This document shows, piece after piece, positions 10,753 through 20,451 of a DNA stretch of 64,000 nucleotides. How positions within the stretch are numbered: the first letter of the stretch is position 1; every line of letters begins with the position of its first letter. Below the pieces are notes generated by a model, which worked only from the letters and a program-made list of their open reading frames with translations, searched no databases and was not told the DNA's origin. A program made the translations under genes and the position numbers. The DNA is taken from positions 128,001-192,000 of the forward strand of contig CAWEWF010000001.1 in the NCBI GenBank assembly GCA_963812605.1, written 5' to 3'. The stretch is from an uncultured Verrucomicrobiae bacterium (GTDB lineage: Bacteria > Verrucomicrobiota > Verrucomicrobiia > Palsa-1439).

Positions 10753-10773
10753 AGCACAGTGCACATTCTCATC

Positions 10774-10950
10774 TCACTCAGCGCCCGTTTCTTTCAGGAA
10801 TCGTTCAATCTCGCGGAGCGGAAACAGCGGCCGCCGTAAGGCCCGACAAGGCCGCAATAACCCGCGGGCAACAAGCCGGTCAACCGTGATCGGTGTTACG
10901 CCCAGTGCTTTAGCGGTTTCCTGTCGCGTAAGTGCGAGTCGGCTTTCCAT
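10774..10950 (-). CDS. Excisionase-like HTH protein (HTH_17/AlpA-like)
   Basis: MESRLALTRQETAKALGVTPITVDRLVARGLLRP...PLFPLREIERFL; convergent with the integrase. Confidence 0.8.
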   Translation of the reverse strand: MESRLALTRQETAKALGVTPITVDRLVARGLLRPCRALRRPLFPLREIERFLKETGAE

Positions 10951-11006
10951 GTTTATTTCCTGCTTGGCAGCCATGCCAGACGTTTTATCACTTGCTGCCA
11001 TGAAAC

Positions 11007-11026
11007 TTGTTCCCGAATGGGAACAA
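11007..11026. promoter_or_regulatory. Inverted repeat between the divergent xis and HTH genes (candidate operator)
   Basis: TTGTTCCC-GAAT-GGGAACAA, perfect 8-bp arms. Confidence 0.45.
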
Positions 11027-11135
11027 CATTATCTGCCGGAATGCGCTTTACTCCAGCGCATGGAAAGATTGTACGCCCGACCTCTAACTTGCGTTAGAAC
11101 ATTGTGTGCCACCGGGATGACAATCACCTGTACCA

Positions 11136-11489
11136 ATGAATGAGCCGTCTACGTCCGATCAGACAAACCACCGATTTGCCGAGGCCGTGCGGGCCTATGC
11201 CCCGATTGTGCCACGGAAGTGGCAGAAGTTTCTCACGCTCAAGCCGGGGATTGCCGAGCTTCGACGCAAGGGCGCGTCGTACCAGGCCATCACGGAAATT
11301 CTGCGTGCCGCCGATGTGCCGGTCTCGCGCACGACTGTCGCGCGGTTTTGCCGGGCTGTGCTGCGCCCATCCCATCGATGGAAGCAGCGCCGTCCTGCTT
11401 CCCGAAACTCGCCGTCTCAACCACAGTCCTCTTTTGTGGCGCCCGTGAACACCAGCGGGCCACGGATCGCCGATCCCCGGATCATTTAG
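11136..11489 (+). CDS. Small HTH DNA-binding protein of the mobile element
   Basis: IAELRRKGASYQAITEILRAADVPVSRTTVARFCR is HTH-like; the tail is low complexity. Confidence 0.55.
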   Translation: MNEPSTSDQTNHRFAEAVRAYAPIVPRKWQKFLTLKPGIAELRRKGASYQAITEILRAADVPVSRTTVARFCRAVLRPSHRWKQRRPASRNSPSQPQSSFVAPVNTSGPRIADPRII

Positions 11490-11757
11490 CCATGCAACGG
11501 CAGCTAAAGATCGTCTCGGCCTCGGCGCGGGTTGCACCCGATTATACAGCTCGGTTGCGGTTGGCTTGTCGGCAAGGCAGATGGCCGGGCCTGGGGATGA
11601 ATGCGGCTGTAGGGAGAATAAATCGACCGAATGCTTGTTGGGCTCGCAGGCCGGGTGTGGGGAGGTTTCGTGTTGGATTTGCTTACTGATTTTGCTACAA
11701 GCAAGTTGCCGCTGCATTGACCCGTCCTGGTGAGAAGAATTCTGTTGGGAGATAATT

Positions 11758-13427
11758 ATGGCAAAATCGGAAGCAAACGAAACGGGCATCGGATTTGAAG
11801 ATACTCTCTGGGCCACTGCCGACAAGTTGCGCGGCACGGTTGATGCCGCAGAATACAAGCACGTTGTTCTGGGCCTGCTGTTCCTCAAATACGTCTCGGA
11901 TGCTTTCGAGTCCCGCCGCGAGGCGTTGAAGGTCGAGTTAGAGCACGACGGCATCGCCGCCGCTCAGATCGAATCGCCTGCTCGAAAGCCGCGACGAATA
12001 CACCGCTGAGCACGTCTTCTGGGTGCCGCCGGAGTCGCGCTGGCCGAACCTACGCGCCCAGGCCCGGCAGGCCAACATCGCCACGCTGATCGACGACGCG
12101 ATCCTGGCCGTCGAGCGCGACAACCCGAACCTTAAGGGCAAGCTGCCACGCGACTACGCCCGCCGCGGCATCGAGCCGGTACAAGCATGGAGGCCTGATC
12201 GATCTCGATCGCCGACATAGGCTTCAAGGGCGACCGCGCCAAGGCCCGCGACACGCTGGGCCGGGTCTACGAATACTTCCTCGGCAAATTCGCCGCGCGG
12301 AAGGCAAGCTTGGCGGCGAGTTCTACACCCCGCGCTGCGTCGTGCGAGTGCTCGTCGAAATGCTCGAGCCTTACAACGGCCGCGTCTACGATCCGTGCTG
12401 CGGCTCGGGCGGCATGTTCGTGCAGTCGGAGAAGTTCGTGGAAGCCCACGGCGGCGCGAAGAGCGACATCTCCATCTTCGGCCAGGAATCCAACCCCACC
12501 ACCTGGCGGCTGGCGCACATGAACCTCGCCATTCGCGGCATCGAGGCCAATCTCGGCGCGCAGCCCGCCGACACGTTCCTGCGCGATCTGCATCCCGACC
12601 TCAAGGCCGACTACATTCTCGCCAACCCGCCGTTCAACGTCAGCGACTGGTCCGGCCAAATCCTGCGCGGCGACGTCCGCTGGAAATTACGGGACCCGCC
12701 CGTGGGCAACGCCAACTACGCCTGGATTCAGCACTTCATCCATCATCTGGCCCCGCCAACGGGCGCGGCGGCGGCGTGGCCGGGCTTCGTCATGGCCAAC
12801 GGCTCGCTGTCCAGCAACACCGGCGGCGAAGGCGAAATCCGCCGCAAGCATCGTCGAGGCCGACTTGGTGGACTGCATCGTCGCGCTGCCGGCACAACTT
12901 TTTTACACCACCGGCATTCCCGTCTGCCTCTGGTTCCTGACGCCGCGACAAGACGGGCAAAAATCCACAAAGGCGCACCCGAACGTCCCGGCGGCCGCAA
13001 GGGCGAGACCCTCTTCATCGACGCCCGCAAGATAGGAACGCTGGAAACCCGTACGCTGCGCGTGCTTTCGGGGGATGTCGAGGGTGACGTGCCACCCGAT
13101 TCCGATACCGGACGCATCGTGTACGCATTCCGCCGCTGGCGCGGTGAGCCGAAGCCTCCTACCTGGGATGAGGCAAAGCACGGGCCATGGGCTTACGCCG
13201 ACGAGCCAGGTTTCTGCAAGGCCGCGCCACTAACCGAGATCGAGAAACACGGCTTTGTCCTGACACCCGGGCCCTACGTTGGTGCCGAAGAAGCGGAGGA
13301 CGACGACGAGCCATTCGAGGTGAAATACCCGAGACTGCTGGCAGAGTTAGAGGAGCAGTTGGCCGAGGGCGAGAGGCTAACGGCGGTGGTGAAGAAAAAG
13401 CTGGGGGGCATCAGCGATGGCAGCTGA
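11758..13427 (+). CDS. hsdM: Type I R-M methyltransferase HsdM, frameshifted as sequenced
   Basis: Motifs spread over several frames: [55 protein letters not shown]. About 8 single-base indels between roughly 11975 and 12950. Confidence 0.9.
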
Positions 13428-14634
13428 GTGGCGAGATGCGATTCTGGGAGAATTTGTCGTTCTGCAGCGAGGTCACGATCTCACTGAGCCTGAACGCAGA
13501 AAAGGTAGCGTACCTGTCATGGGTTCCGCCGGACAGAACGGTTTCCATGATACAGCGTTAGCGAAAGGTCCTGGCGTTGTCATCGGTCGCAGTGGTGCTT
13601 CATTTGGGCAAGTTCATTATAGCGAGGTAGACTACTGGCCGCATAACACGGCGCTATATGTCACTGATTTCAAAGGGAATGATCCCCGGTTTGCCTTCTA
13701 CTTTCTCAAGTCGATCGATTTCTCTCGCTACAACTCTGGAAGCGCACAACAGTCTCTCAACCGAAACTTCATTTATCCGATTGCCGTTCGAGTCCCTCCT
13801 TTACCCGAACAACACGCTATTGCGGAGGTGCTAGGGGCGTTGGACGACAAGATAAAATCTAACCATCAAACAAGCCGAACACTAGAGCGATTAGCGCGGG
13901 CGATATTCCGGACGTGGTTCGTGGATTTTGAGCCGGTGAAGGCTAAGGCCACCGGGGCGCACTCCTTCCCCAGCATGCCCCAAGAAGTATTCGACACCCT
14001 TCCCACACGTCTCATCGACTCCGACCTCGGGCCGATGCCTGAAGGATGGAAGGTGGGAAGTATCGGCGATGCAGTGACGGTACGTGGTGGTGGCACACCC
14101 AGAACGAAAGTTGAGGAATACTGGGAAGGCGGCACCCATTGTTGGCTAACTCCCAAAGACCTTTCGGGAAAGCAGGATCCTATTCTACTGTCGACTGACC
14201 GAAAGATTACTGACAAGGGCTTGGAAAGTATAAGCTCCGGCCTTCTGCCAGTCGGGACGGTTCTCCTGTCGTCACGCGCGCCGTGGGGTACCTCGTCATT
14301 TCCGGAGTTCCAACGGCGATCAATCAGGGTTTCATTGCCATGGTCTGCGAAGGTTCCGCTACCTCCCCTCTACGTCTATCACTGGACGCAGTCGGTTATG
14401 GATGAAATCAAGAGCCGAGCGAGCGGAACCACATTCCCAGAGATCAGCAAGACGGCCTTTCGTCCGATTCGTGTTGTGATTCCTGCCAGAGGTCTTCTTG
14501 TTGCGTTTGAGGATTTGGTGGCGCCAATGTTTAACCGAATCGCGGCTACTTGCCGAGAGACCGCTAAACTTGCCGCATTGCGCGACTACCTTTTACCGCG
14601 ACTGTTATCCGGAAATGTGAGGGTCCCGATGTGA
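13417..14634 (+). CDS. hsdS: Type I R-M specificity subunit HsdS
   Basis: Two TRDs with conserved regions PPLPEQHAIAEVLGALDDKI and LAALRDYLLPRLLSG; compensating frameshift pair at about 14285 and 14355. Confidence 0.93.
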   Translation: MAAEWRDAILGEFVVLQRGHDLTEPERRKGSVPVMGSAGQNGFHDTALAKGPGVVIGRSGASFGQVHYSEVDYWPHNTALYVTDFKGNDPRFAFYFLKSIDFSRYNSGSAQQSLNRNFIYPIAVRVPPLPEQHAIAEVLGALDDKIKSNHQTSRTLERLARAIFRTWFVDFEPVKAKATGAHSFPSMPQEVFDTLPTRLIDSDLGPMPEGWKVGSIGDAVTVRGGGTPRTKVEEYWEGGTHCWLTPKDLSGKQDPILLSTDRKITDKGLESISSGLLPVGTVLLSSRAPWGTSSFPEFQRRSIRVSLPWSAKVPLPPLYVYHWTQSVMDEIKSRASGTTFPEISKTAFRPIRVVIPARGLLVAFEDLVAPMFNRIAATCRETAKLAALRDYLLPRLLSGNVRVPM

Positions 14635-15762
14635 GTGAGACGACCGCCGGTAATCAACCCGAGTCGGAATCTCTGACGCCTGCGAGTAGTCTAATCGAGT
14701 GGCGAAGTACCCGTGAAGAGGCCCGGTACCGGGAATGGTGCGTGACCACGTATGAAATGGTCGAATTGGGGCCGGAGAGTTTTCATCCTGCAGATATACT
14801 TGATAAGTTGGGCACTGACGCCGCTCGCCGAGGGCGAGCGGAGGCCTACGCCTCGTTTCGCAACGAGGTGGAAGAGAAGGTCTGCGAACAATTTCCTTCC
14901 CCCGTAGCAGTCCCCTTTCATGCATTTTTGCATGGAACCTAGTGACCCGCTTCAGCGTCTTCACCGACTTCGTGACGCATGGGAGGGGCTAATTCAACTT
15001 ATCTGCGCCCTATCCTTGGCAGAAGCTGCCGACTCACACTCAGGCATTTCAGGTTTCAAGATCCGTGAAAGCGAGCAGGTGAGTCCGAGGGACTGTAGGG
15101 CGAGAGACTTGGTGAGCGACAAGCTTGCCACACGGATAGGAATAACCGAGGCGCTGTTGAGCCGATTTCGAGTCTTAAACATCGCGACGGAGCTAACTGG
15201 GCTTCTACCACCCGGGATTATTTCAGAAATACGCAGACTCAACTCTGTGAGAAATGAGTTTTCTCACAGTGGGGCGTTGTCGGACATTCAAGCAGTTGCC
15301 TTCATCGATGAAATCTATCCATTATTCAGGGAGATTTTAATTGACGTGGCGGATTTGCCGACTTTTGCATTGATGAGATTGCGGACCATTCGAGCTGGTA
15401 GCCCGTCGGTGGCTGAAGTAGAGTCCCTTACCGGACATGCATTGAGCCGCCGAGTCCGTTCACTTGGGCTCGCAGCGTCTGCTTCCCCCGTCGTTCTGGC
15501 TGCGGGACGGGTGGGAGGCTTGGATCGGGTTCTCGTGCAAGTTGGTTCACGAATACTTGATCTTTCTCCCTTCTACTATGCGTGCGATGACGAGAGCGGG
15601 CATCGAACGCGAGTGGTCTTCTTCAAGGTAAAGAGGGATGGTAAATGGAAATTTGAGATCGTTGGAGAGTCCACGACAATCGACTACGATTCACCTGCCC
15701 AGGACAATCAACTGCATCGATTCGACACGACTCTTGGCAATCAAGAAAGCACACAGAAATGA
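14631..15762 (+). CDS. Uncharacterised protein with HEPN-like RxxxxH motif, between hsdS and hsdR (one frameshift near 14937)
   Basis: ORFs 14631-14942 and 14920-15762 join if one A is removed (HG-PSDPLQRLHRL). Contains LNSVRNEFSHSG at 15250-15267. Overlaps hsdS and hsdR by 4 bp each. Confidence 0.7.
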
Positions 15763-18700
15763 CGGCTTCATATCTTTCTGAATCCGCCGTGGAAGATGTC
15801 GCCATAGATATCTTTGGCTCACTGCGGTATACCTCTCTGCGCGGCACGGAGGTGGACAGCGCGTTGCTCGGTAAACGTCTCGGTGAAGCCGTTCACAAAA
15901 TAAATCCCGTGTTCCCGCCTGAAACCGTTGAGCAAGTCGTACGGATAGTGCAGCGTCCGCCACACCCGACACTGATCGAGAACAACCGCTGGTTGCACGG
16001 CCTGCTGACCGATGGCGTAGAGGTAGAATATCGCGACACCACAACGGGTGAGAACCGGGGCGGACGGGCGCGGCTTGTGGATTTCGACAACCCGGCCAAC
16101 AATGATTTCCTCGTGGTGCGCCAACTGACGGTGGCCGCGGCCAACGGTAAGTTGATCCGCCTCGATCTGGTTGTCTACGTGAACGGCCTGCCACTGGCGG
16201 TGATCGAACTGAAGGATCCGACGGATGAGGGCGCGGACCTTGGGACAGCAATCGATCAACTTGATCGTTACGTGCACACCGCGCCTGACCTATTCGTGTC
16301 CAACATGCTGCTGGTGGCGAGCGATGGTCTGCTAACGCGCGTTGGCTCGATCACCAGCGGGCGGCAGCGCTTCATGCCGTGGCGTCCAGCTAGAGGTGGT
16401 GACCCGACGCTGGAGGCGCTGATACGCGGCGCGTTCGAGCCGGTGGCGTTGCTCGATTACCTACGCTCATGCGTGGTGTTTGAAGAGGATGAGCGCGGGA
16501 ACATCGCGAAGAAGGTTGCGGGCTATCATCAATTTCGCGCTGTCCGTGATACCCGTGCCAAGATACTGGCTGCGTTGAAGCCTCCGGCGGGTATCAACAC
16601 GACCTCCGAAGCGGGCAAAGGTGGCGTGGTATGGCACACGCAAGGTTCGGGCAAGTCGCTCACGATGCTGATGCTCGCAGGCGCGCTGATTCGCGAACCG
16701 GCAATGGCCAACCCAACCATTGTCATGGTGACGGACCGCAACGACCTGGACGCCCAGCTTTTCGGAACCTTCGCGGGTGGACGAGCTTTGCTTCGCCAGG
16801 ATCCAGTGCAGGCCGAAAGCCGGGCACATCTTCAAGAGTTGCTGGATCGTGCGTCTGGCGGCGTAATCTTCACCACTATCTTCAAGTTCACGGAAGACCA
16901 TGGGGTTATCAGCGACCGGGCCAACGTGGTGGTGATGGCCGACGAAGCGCACCGGAGCCAGTACGGTTTCACGGAAGGTGGCGCACGCTGGATGCGCGAG
17001 GCGCTGCCCAACGCAACGTTTGTTGGCTTCACCGGGACGCCGCTGGACCGCGACGACCGCAGCACGCCGCGTGTGTTCGGAGAATACGCCGACATCTACG
17101 ACATCCGCCAGTCGGTGGAGGACGGCGCGACCAAGCCGATCTACTACGAGTCGAGGATTATCAAGCTGTTGGTGAACGAAGCCGGCGCAAAAGCCGCCGA
17201 AGCTGAGTTGGACGCGGCAGCCAAGGCATCGGCAACAGGCGAGGACTTGGACGAAACGGTGCGCGTGCCCCTGGAAGCCCTCGTGGGGGCGCCGGAACGT
17301 CTGGATCGCGTGGCGGCGTTCATCGTGGAACACTGGGAAAAGCGCCGGGCCGCTATGGAAGGCAAGGCGATGGTCGTCACGATGAGTCGCGAGATCTGCA
17401 TGGCCTTATATGATCGGATCGTAGCCCTCCGCCCGGATTGGCATGCTGACGATGACGCACATGGCTTTGTCAAGGTAGTGATGGATGCGGGCATTCCCCC
17501 TCAGCGCCGTGGGGAGAGTGCGGAAGCATACGAAAAGAGAATCGAACCTCTGATCGAACCGATTCGTTACCACGGTAGAACGAAAGCGGCCCGGCAGCGG
17601 CTGTCTGATCGATACAAGGATCCGGCGGATGACTTCCGCTTGGTAATTGTCTGTGACATGTGGTTGACCGGTTTTGACTGCCCACCGATGCACACGATGT
17701 ATTTGGACAAGGCTCTGGCGGGGCACAGTCTGATGCAGGCCATTGCCCGCGTAAACCGCGTGTACGGCGAAAAGCCAGGCGGGCTGGTGGTGGATTTGCT
17801 GGGGCTAGCGGACCAACTAGCCGACGCGCTGGCCACCTACACGCAAGCGGGCGGGCGGGGCGAGGCCGTGAAGAAGGTTCAGGACGAGGCCGTGCCGGCG
17901 ATGGTGGGGGCATTCGAGAAGTTGCGGGCGTTCTTCCATGACTTCGATTACGGGCAAGCTCTCAACGCCGCGCCGTCGTCGGTACTGAAAGTGTATGCCG
18001 ACGCTGCGAATCACGTCTTCCTGCAGGACGATGGGTGGAAACGGTTCCGTACGATGGTGAAGGAACTATCAACGGCATTCGCCCTCGTGGTACCGCGGCC
18101 CGAAGCGGAACCCATCACGCCACACCTGGCGTTCTTCCAGCGAGTCCAGGCGATGATTCGTAAGCGGCTGGCGGATGAAGGCGGTTCGGGCTCGCCTACG
18201 AGGCGATCTACCGACATCGACGCCGCAGTCCGCCAAGTCATCGGCGGAGCCGTGGACGCCGGGGAAGTGATCGACCTTTTTGCAGCTGCGGGACTGGAAG
18301 ATGCCAGGCTTGATATTTTCTCCGAGGAGTTCCTAACACGGGTTGCCGCGCTGGAGCAGAAGAATCTCGCGCTGGAGACACTCCGCAAATTGCTGACCGA
18401 TCAAATTCGCAGCACCGAGCGAACCAATCTGGTCCAGAGTAAGAAGTTCCGCGAAGCCCTCGAAGAGGCAATGTTGCGCTATACCAACAAAGTCATCACG
18501 ACCGCCGAGATGATCACGCGCTTGCTGGATCTCGCGAAGTGGGTGCGCGACGTGCAAAACCGTGGTCAGGAACTCGGCCTCAGCACCGAGGAAACGGCGT
18601 TCTATGATGCCATCGCAGAGAATGAGTCGGCGCGCAAGGCGATGGAGAATGACAAACTGCGCCTGATGGCGCGGGAACTTGCGGAGATGGTGAAGCGATT

Positions 18701-18863
18701 GCCCAAGCTCGACTGGTCTCAACGTGAGTCGGTCCGTGCAGATTTGCGGCGGCAGGTGCGGCGGTTGTTGGCTCGCTACGGCTACCCGCCCGATCTATCA
18801 GAGGACGCTACGCAGCTTGTGCTGAAGCAAGCGGAACTCTCGACGGCGAATGGAGAACATTAG
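15759..18863 (+). CDS. hsdR: Type I restriction endonuclease HsdR
   Basis: 1034 aa; nuclease motif DLVVYVNGLPLAVIELK; helicase motifs HTQGSGKS, DEAHRSQY, GFTGTP, MWLTGFD, QAIARVNR. Confidence 0.97.
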   Translation: MTASYLSESAVEDVAIDIFGSLRYTSLRGTEVDSALLGKRLGEAVHKINPVFPPETVEQVVRIVQRPPHPTLIENNRWLHGLLTDGVEVEYRDTTTGENRGGRARLVDFDNPANNDFLVVRQLTVAAANGKLIRLDLVVYVNGLPLAVIELKDPTDEGADLGTAIDQLDRYVHTAPDLFVSNMLLVASDGLLTRVGSITSGRQRFMPWRPARGGDPTLEALIRGAFEPVALLDYLRSCVVFEEDERGNIAKKVAGYHQFRAVRDTRAKILAALKPPAGINTTSEAGKGGVVWHTQGSGKSLTMLMLAGALIREPAMANPTIVMVTDRNDLDAQLFGTFAGGRALLRQDPVQAESRAHLQELLDRASGGVIFTTIFKFTEDHGVISDRANVVVMADEAHRSQYGFTEGGARWMREALPNATFVGFTGTPLDRDDRSTPRVFGEYADIYDIRQSVEDGATKPIYYESRIIKLLVNEAGAKAAEAELDAAAKASATGEDLDETVRVPLEALVGAPERLDRVAAFIVEHWEKRRAAMEGKAMVVTMSREICMALYDRIVALRPDWHADDDAHGFVKVVMDAGIPPQRRGESAEAYEKRIEPLIEPIRYHGRTKAARQRLSDRYKDPADDFRLVIVCDMWLTGFDCPPMHTMYLDKALAGHSLMQAIARVNRVYGEKPGGLVVDLLGLADQLADALATYTQAGGRGEAVKKVQDEAVPAMVGAFEKLRAFFHDFDYGQALNAAPSSVLKVYADAANHVFLQDDGWKRFRTMVKELSTAFALVVPRPEAEPITPHLAFFQRVQAMIRKRLADEGGSGSPTRRSTDIDAAVRQVIGGAVDAGEVIDLFAAAGLEDARLDIFSEEFLTRVAALEQKNLALETLRKLLTDQIRSTERTNLVQSKKFREALEEAMLRYTNKVITTAEMITRLLDLAKWVRDVQNRGQELGLSTEETAFYDAIAENESARKAMENDKLRLMARELAEMVKRLPKLDWSQRESVRADLRRQVRRLLARYGYPPDLSEDATQLVLKQAELSTANGEH

Positions 18864-18896
18864 GGCTATTCTCGAAGAAAAAGTTCCGGTGCCCCC

Positions 18897-19641
18897 ATGT
18901 CTTCAAAGAAGAGAACTGGACGGACATTCACAGAAGCCGAGTTCGTCAAGCTCTTCCAAGAGGTGCGACAGGACATCAACGCTTTGCTGCTCCACGATGA
19001 AGTATACTCCGGCGTCATCGAACACTTGAAACGGTATCCGCGTGTTCTTCACAATTTCCCGGCGGTTTTCGGGACGTTCCTGACAGCGGCGCGGACAGAC
19101 ATGATCATCCGACTCGGCCGCATCTATGACCCGGAAGGCACTGGACACGAATCCTGCACGTTGGCGCGGAGTCTCCAGGTGCTACGTGACAGCCCAAGTT
19201 TTTTCACTGATGCGGCCATCACCGCCCGGGCTGAGCGAGGCATACCGAAGGTCCAATCCGGGCTGCCTGCGCTTCCATCGCCTCGACAGCGGACGGGTCA
19301 CGAAGGATTTGGGGCAAATTGAGCGCAGCCGGAAACGTTTGATTAAACTGCGCCACAAACTCTACGCCCACAAAGACCTCGATACGATCCTTTCCGGCAA
19401 ACGGGACGGCTTTCTGGACTCGCACGGCGAGGTCCGCGCTCTCATCGAGCTGGCGCACGACATCTGGAACTATTACTCACTCATCTGGAATGCTTCCACG
19501 CACTCTGACAAGACCATTGGCGCTGACGATTACCGGTGGCTTTTTGAGTGTCTTCGTCGGGGATTGAAAACCAAGTCGCTTGCTGACCGTTTCCAGTTTG
19601 AACGAATCCAGAAGCGACACAAGCGAAGGAGCAAATCGTGA
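18897..19641 (+). CDS. HEPN AbiU2-like protein (one frameshift near 19230)
   Basis: Two ORFs join if one G is removed. MIIRLGRIYD...TL and LIKLRHKLYAHKD (R-x5-H) follow the AbiU2-type HEPN pattern. Confidence 0.65.
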
Positions 19642-19703
19642 GAACTTGTTTGTACCGCGATTGGCGCATATTGGGGGGGCGCACCTTTCAAAGGGCAGGA
19701 GTG

Positions 19704-20351
19704 ATGAACAATCTGTTACACCGATATGAAGTTACTGTCCGTGATTACGAACAGAACTGGGTGGCTTTGAACAAAGTTTTGTACGATTTGTGCAGACGCT
19801 ATCCAGACCACCAGCGGCGCGACGGCGTGAATGCGAAACTCTGGGTCATCGGACGGACGTATGCGACCGGAATAGAGCGCCAAATCAGAACTCAAGGCAC
19901 TCAGGGCAGTTCAATGACGCAATTGGCTGACCACATTTGGAATCATCGCCGCCAAGTGGACACGAGCCTCCAACCTTTGGGCGCGGTTAAAGAGCCGCTC
20001 GACGTTGAGAAAATCAAACTGATTCTCATGGCCCATGGGCAGTTGCTTAGCGTGATTCAGCCACTACTGCGGACCAAACTGTCACCGCGGACGTTCGTCT
20101 CCAAATACCTCCACTTTCATTGTCCCGCTGTCCCCATTTACGACAATGTTGCCGTGTCGGCTTTACGCGGGCTTTGTCCTTTGAGGAAGAATTTCCAAGT
20201 TATCGTGCTTCCCAAGCAAGCCGATGGGCAGTACGGACGTTACGTGCTGCGTTTTTGGCAGCTTTATCAGGACATGCGGCATAGGGGAGAACCGGTTTCG
20301 GTCAAATTGCTAGATGAATTCCTTCTCGCAACGGTCATGGCGAAGATCTGA
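19704..20351 (+). CDS. Hypothetical protein with HhH-GPD-like motif (candidate DNA glycosylase)
   Basis: AKLWVIGRTYA and TFVSKYLHFHCPAVPIYD resemble the HhH...P...D signature; AGGAG precedes ATG 19704. Confidence 0.5.
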   Translation: MNNLLHRYEVTVRDYEQNWVALNKVLYDLCRRYPDHQRRDGVNAKLWVIGRTYATGIERQIRTQGTQGSSMTQLADHIWNHRRQVDTSLQPLGAVKEPLDVEKIKLILMAHGQLLSVIQPLLRTKLSPRTFVSKYLHFHCPAVPIYDNVAVSALRGLCPLRKNFQVIVLPKQADGQYGRYVLRFWQLYQDMRHRGEPVSVKLLDEFLLATVMAKI

Positions 20352-20451
20352 GGCTACTCACATGAAGAGCAAGACAGGCCAGACACAAGGCCGTAAGGGG
20401 CGGACTGCGGGTCGCGCGCTTATCAAAGAGTCGATCCGAAGGCCCCGTACA

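Noticed and set aside
11008-11025. TGTTC...GAACA as a Verrucomicrobia LexA box
   Set aside because: The spacer is 8 nt rather than 4; kept only as a generic inverted repeat.
11758-13427. Programmed frameshifting or phase variation in hsdM
   Set aside because: The indels are numerous, mixed in sign and not in long homopolymer or SSR tracts.
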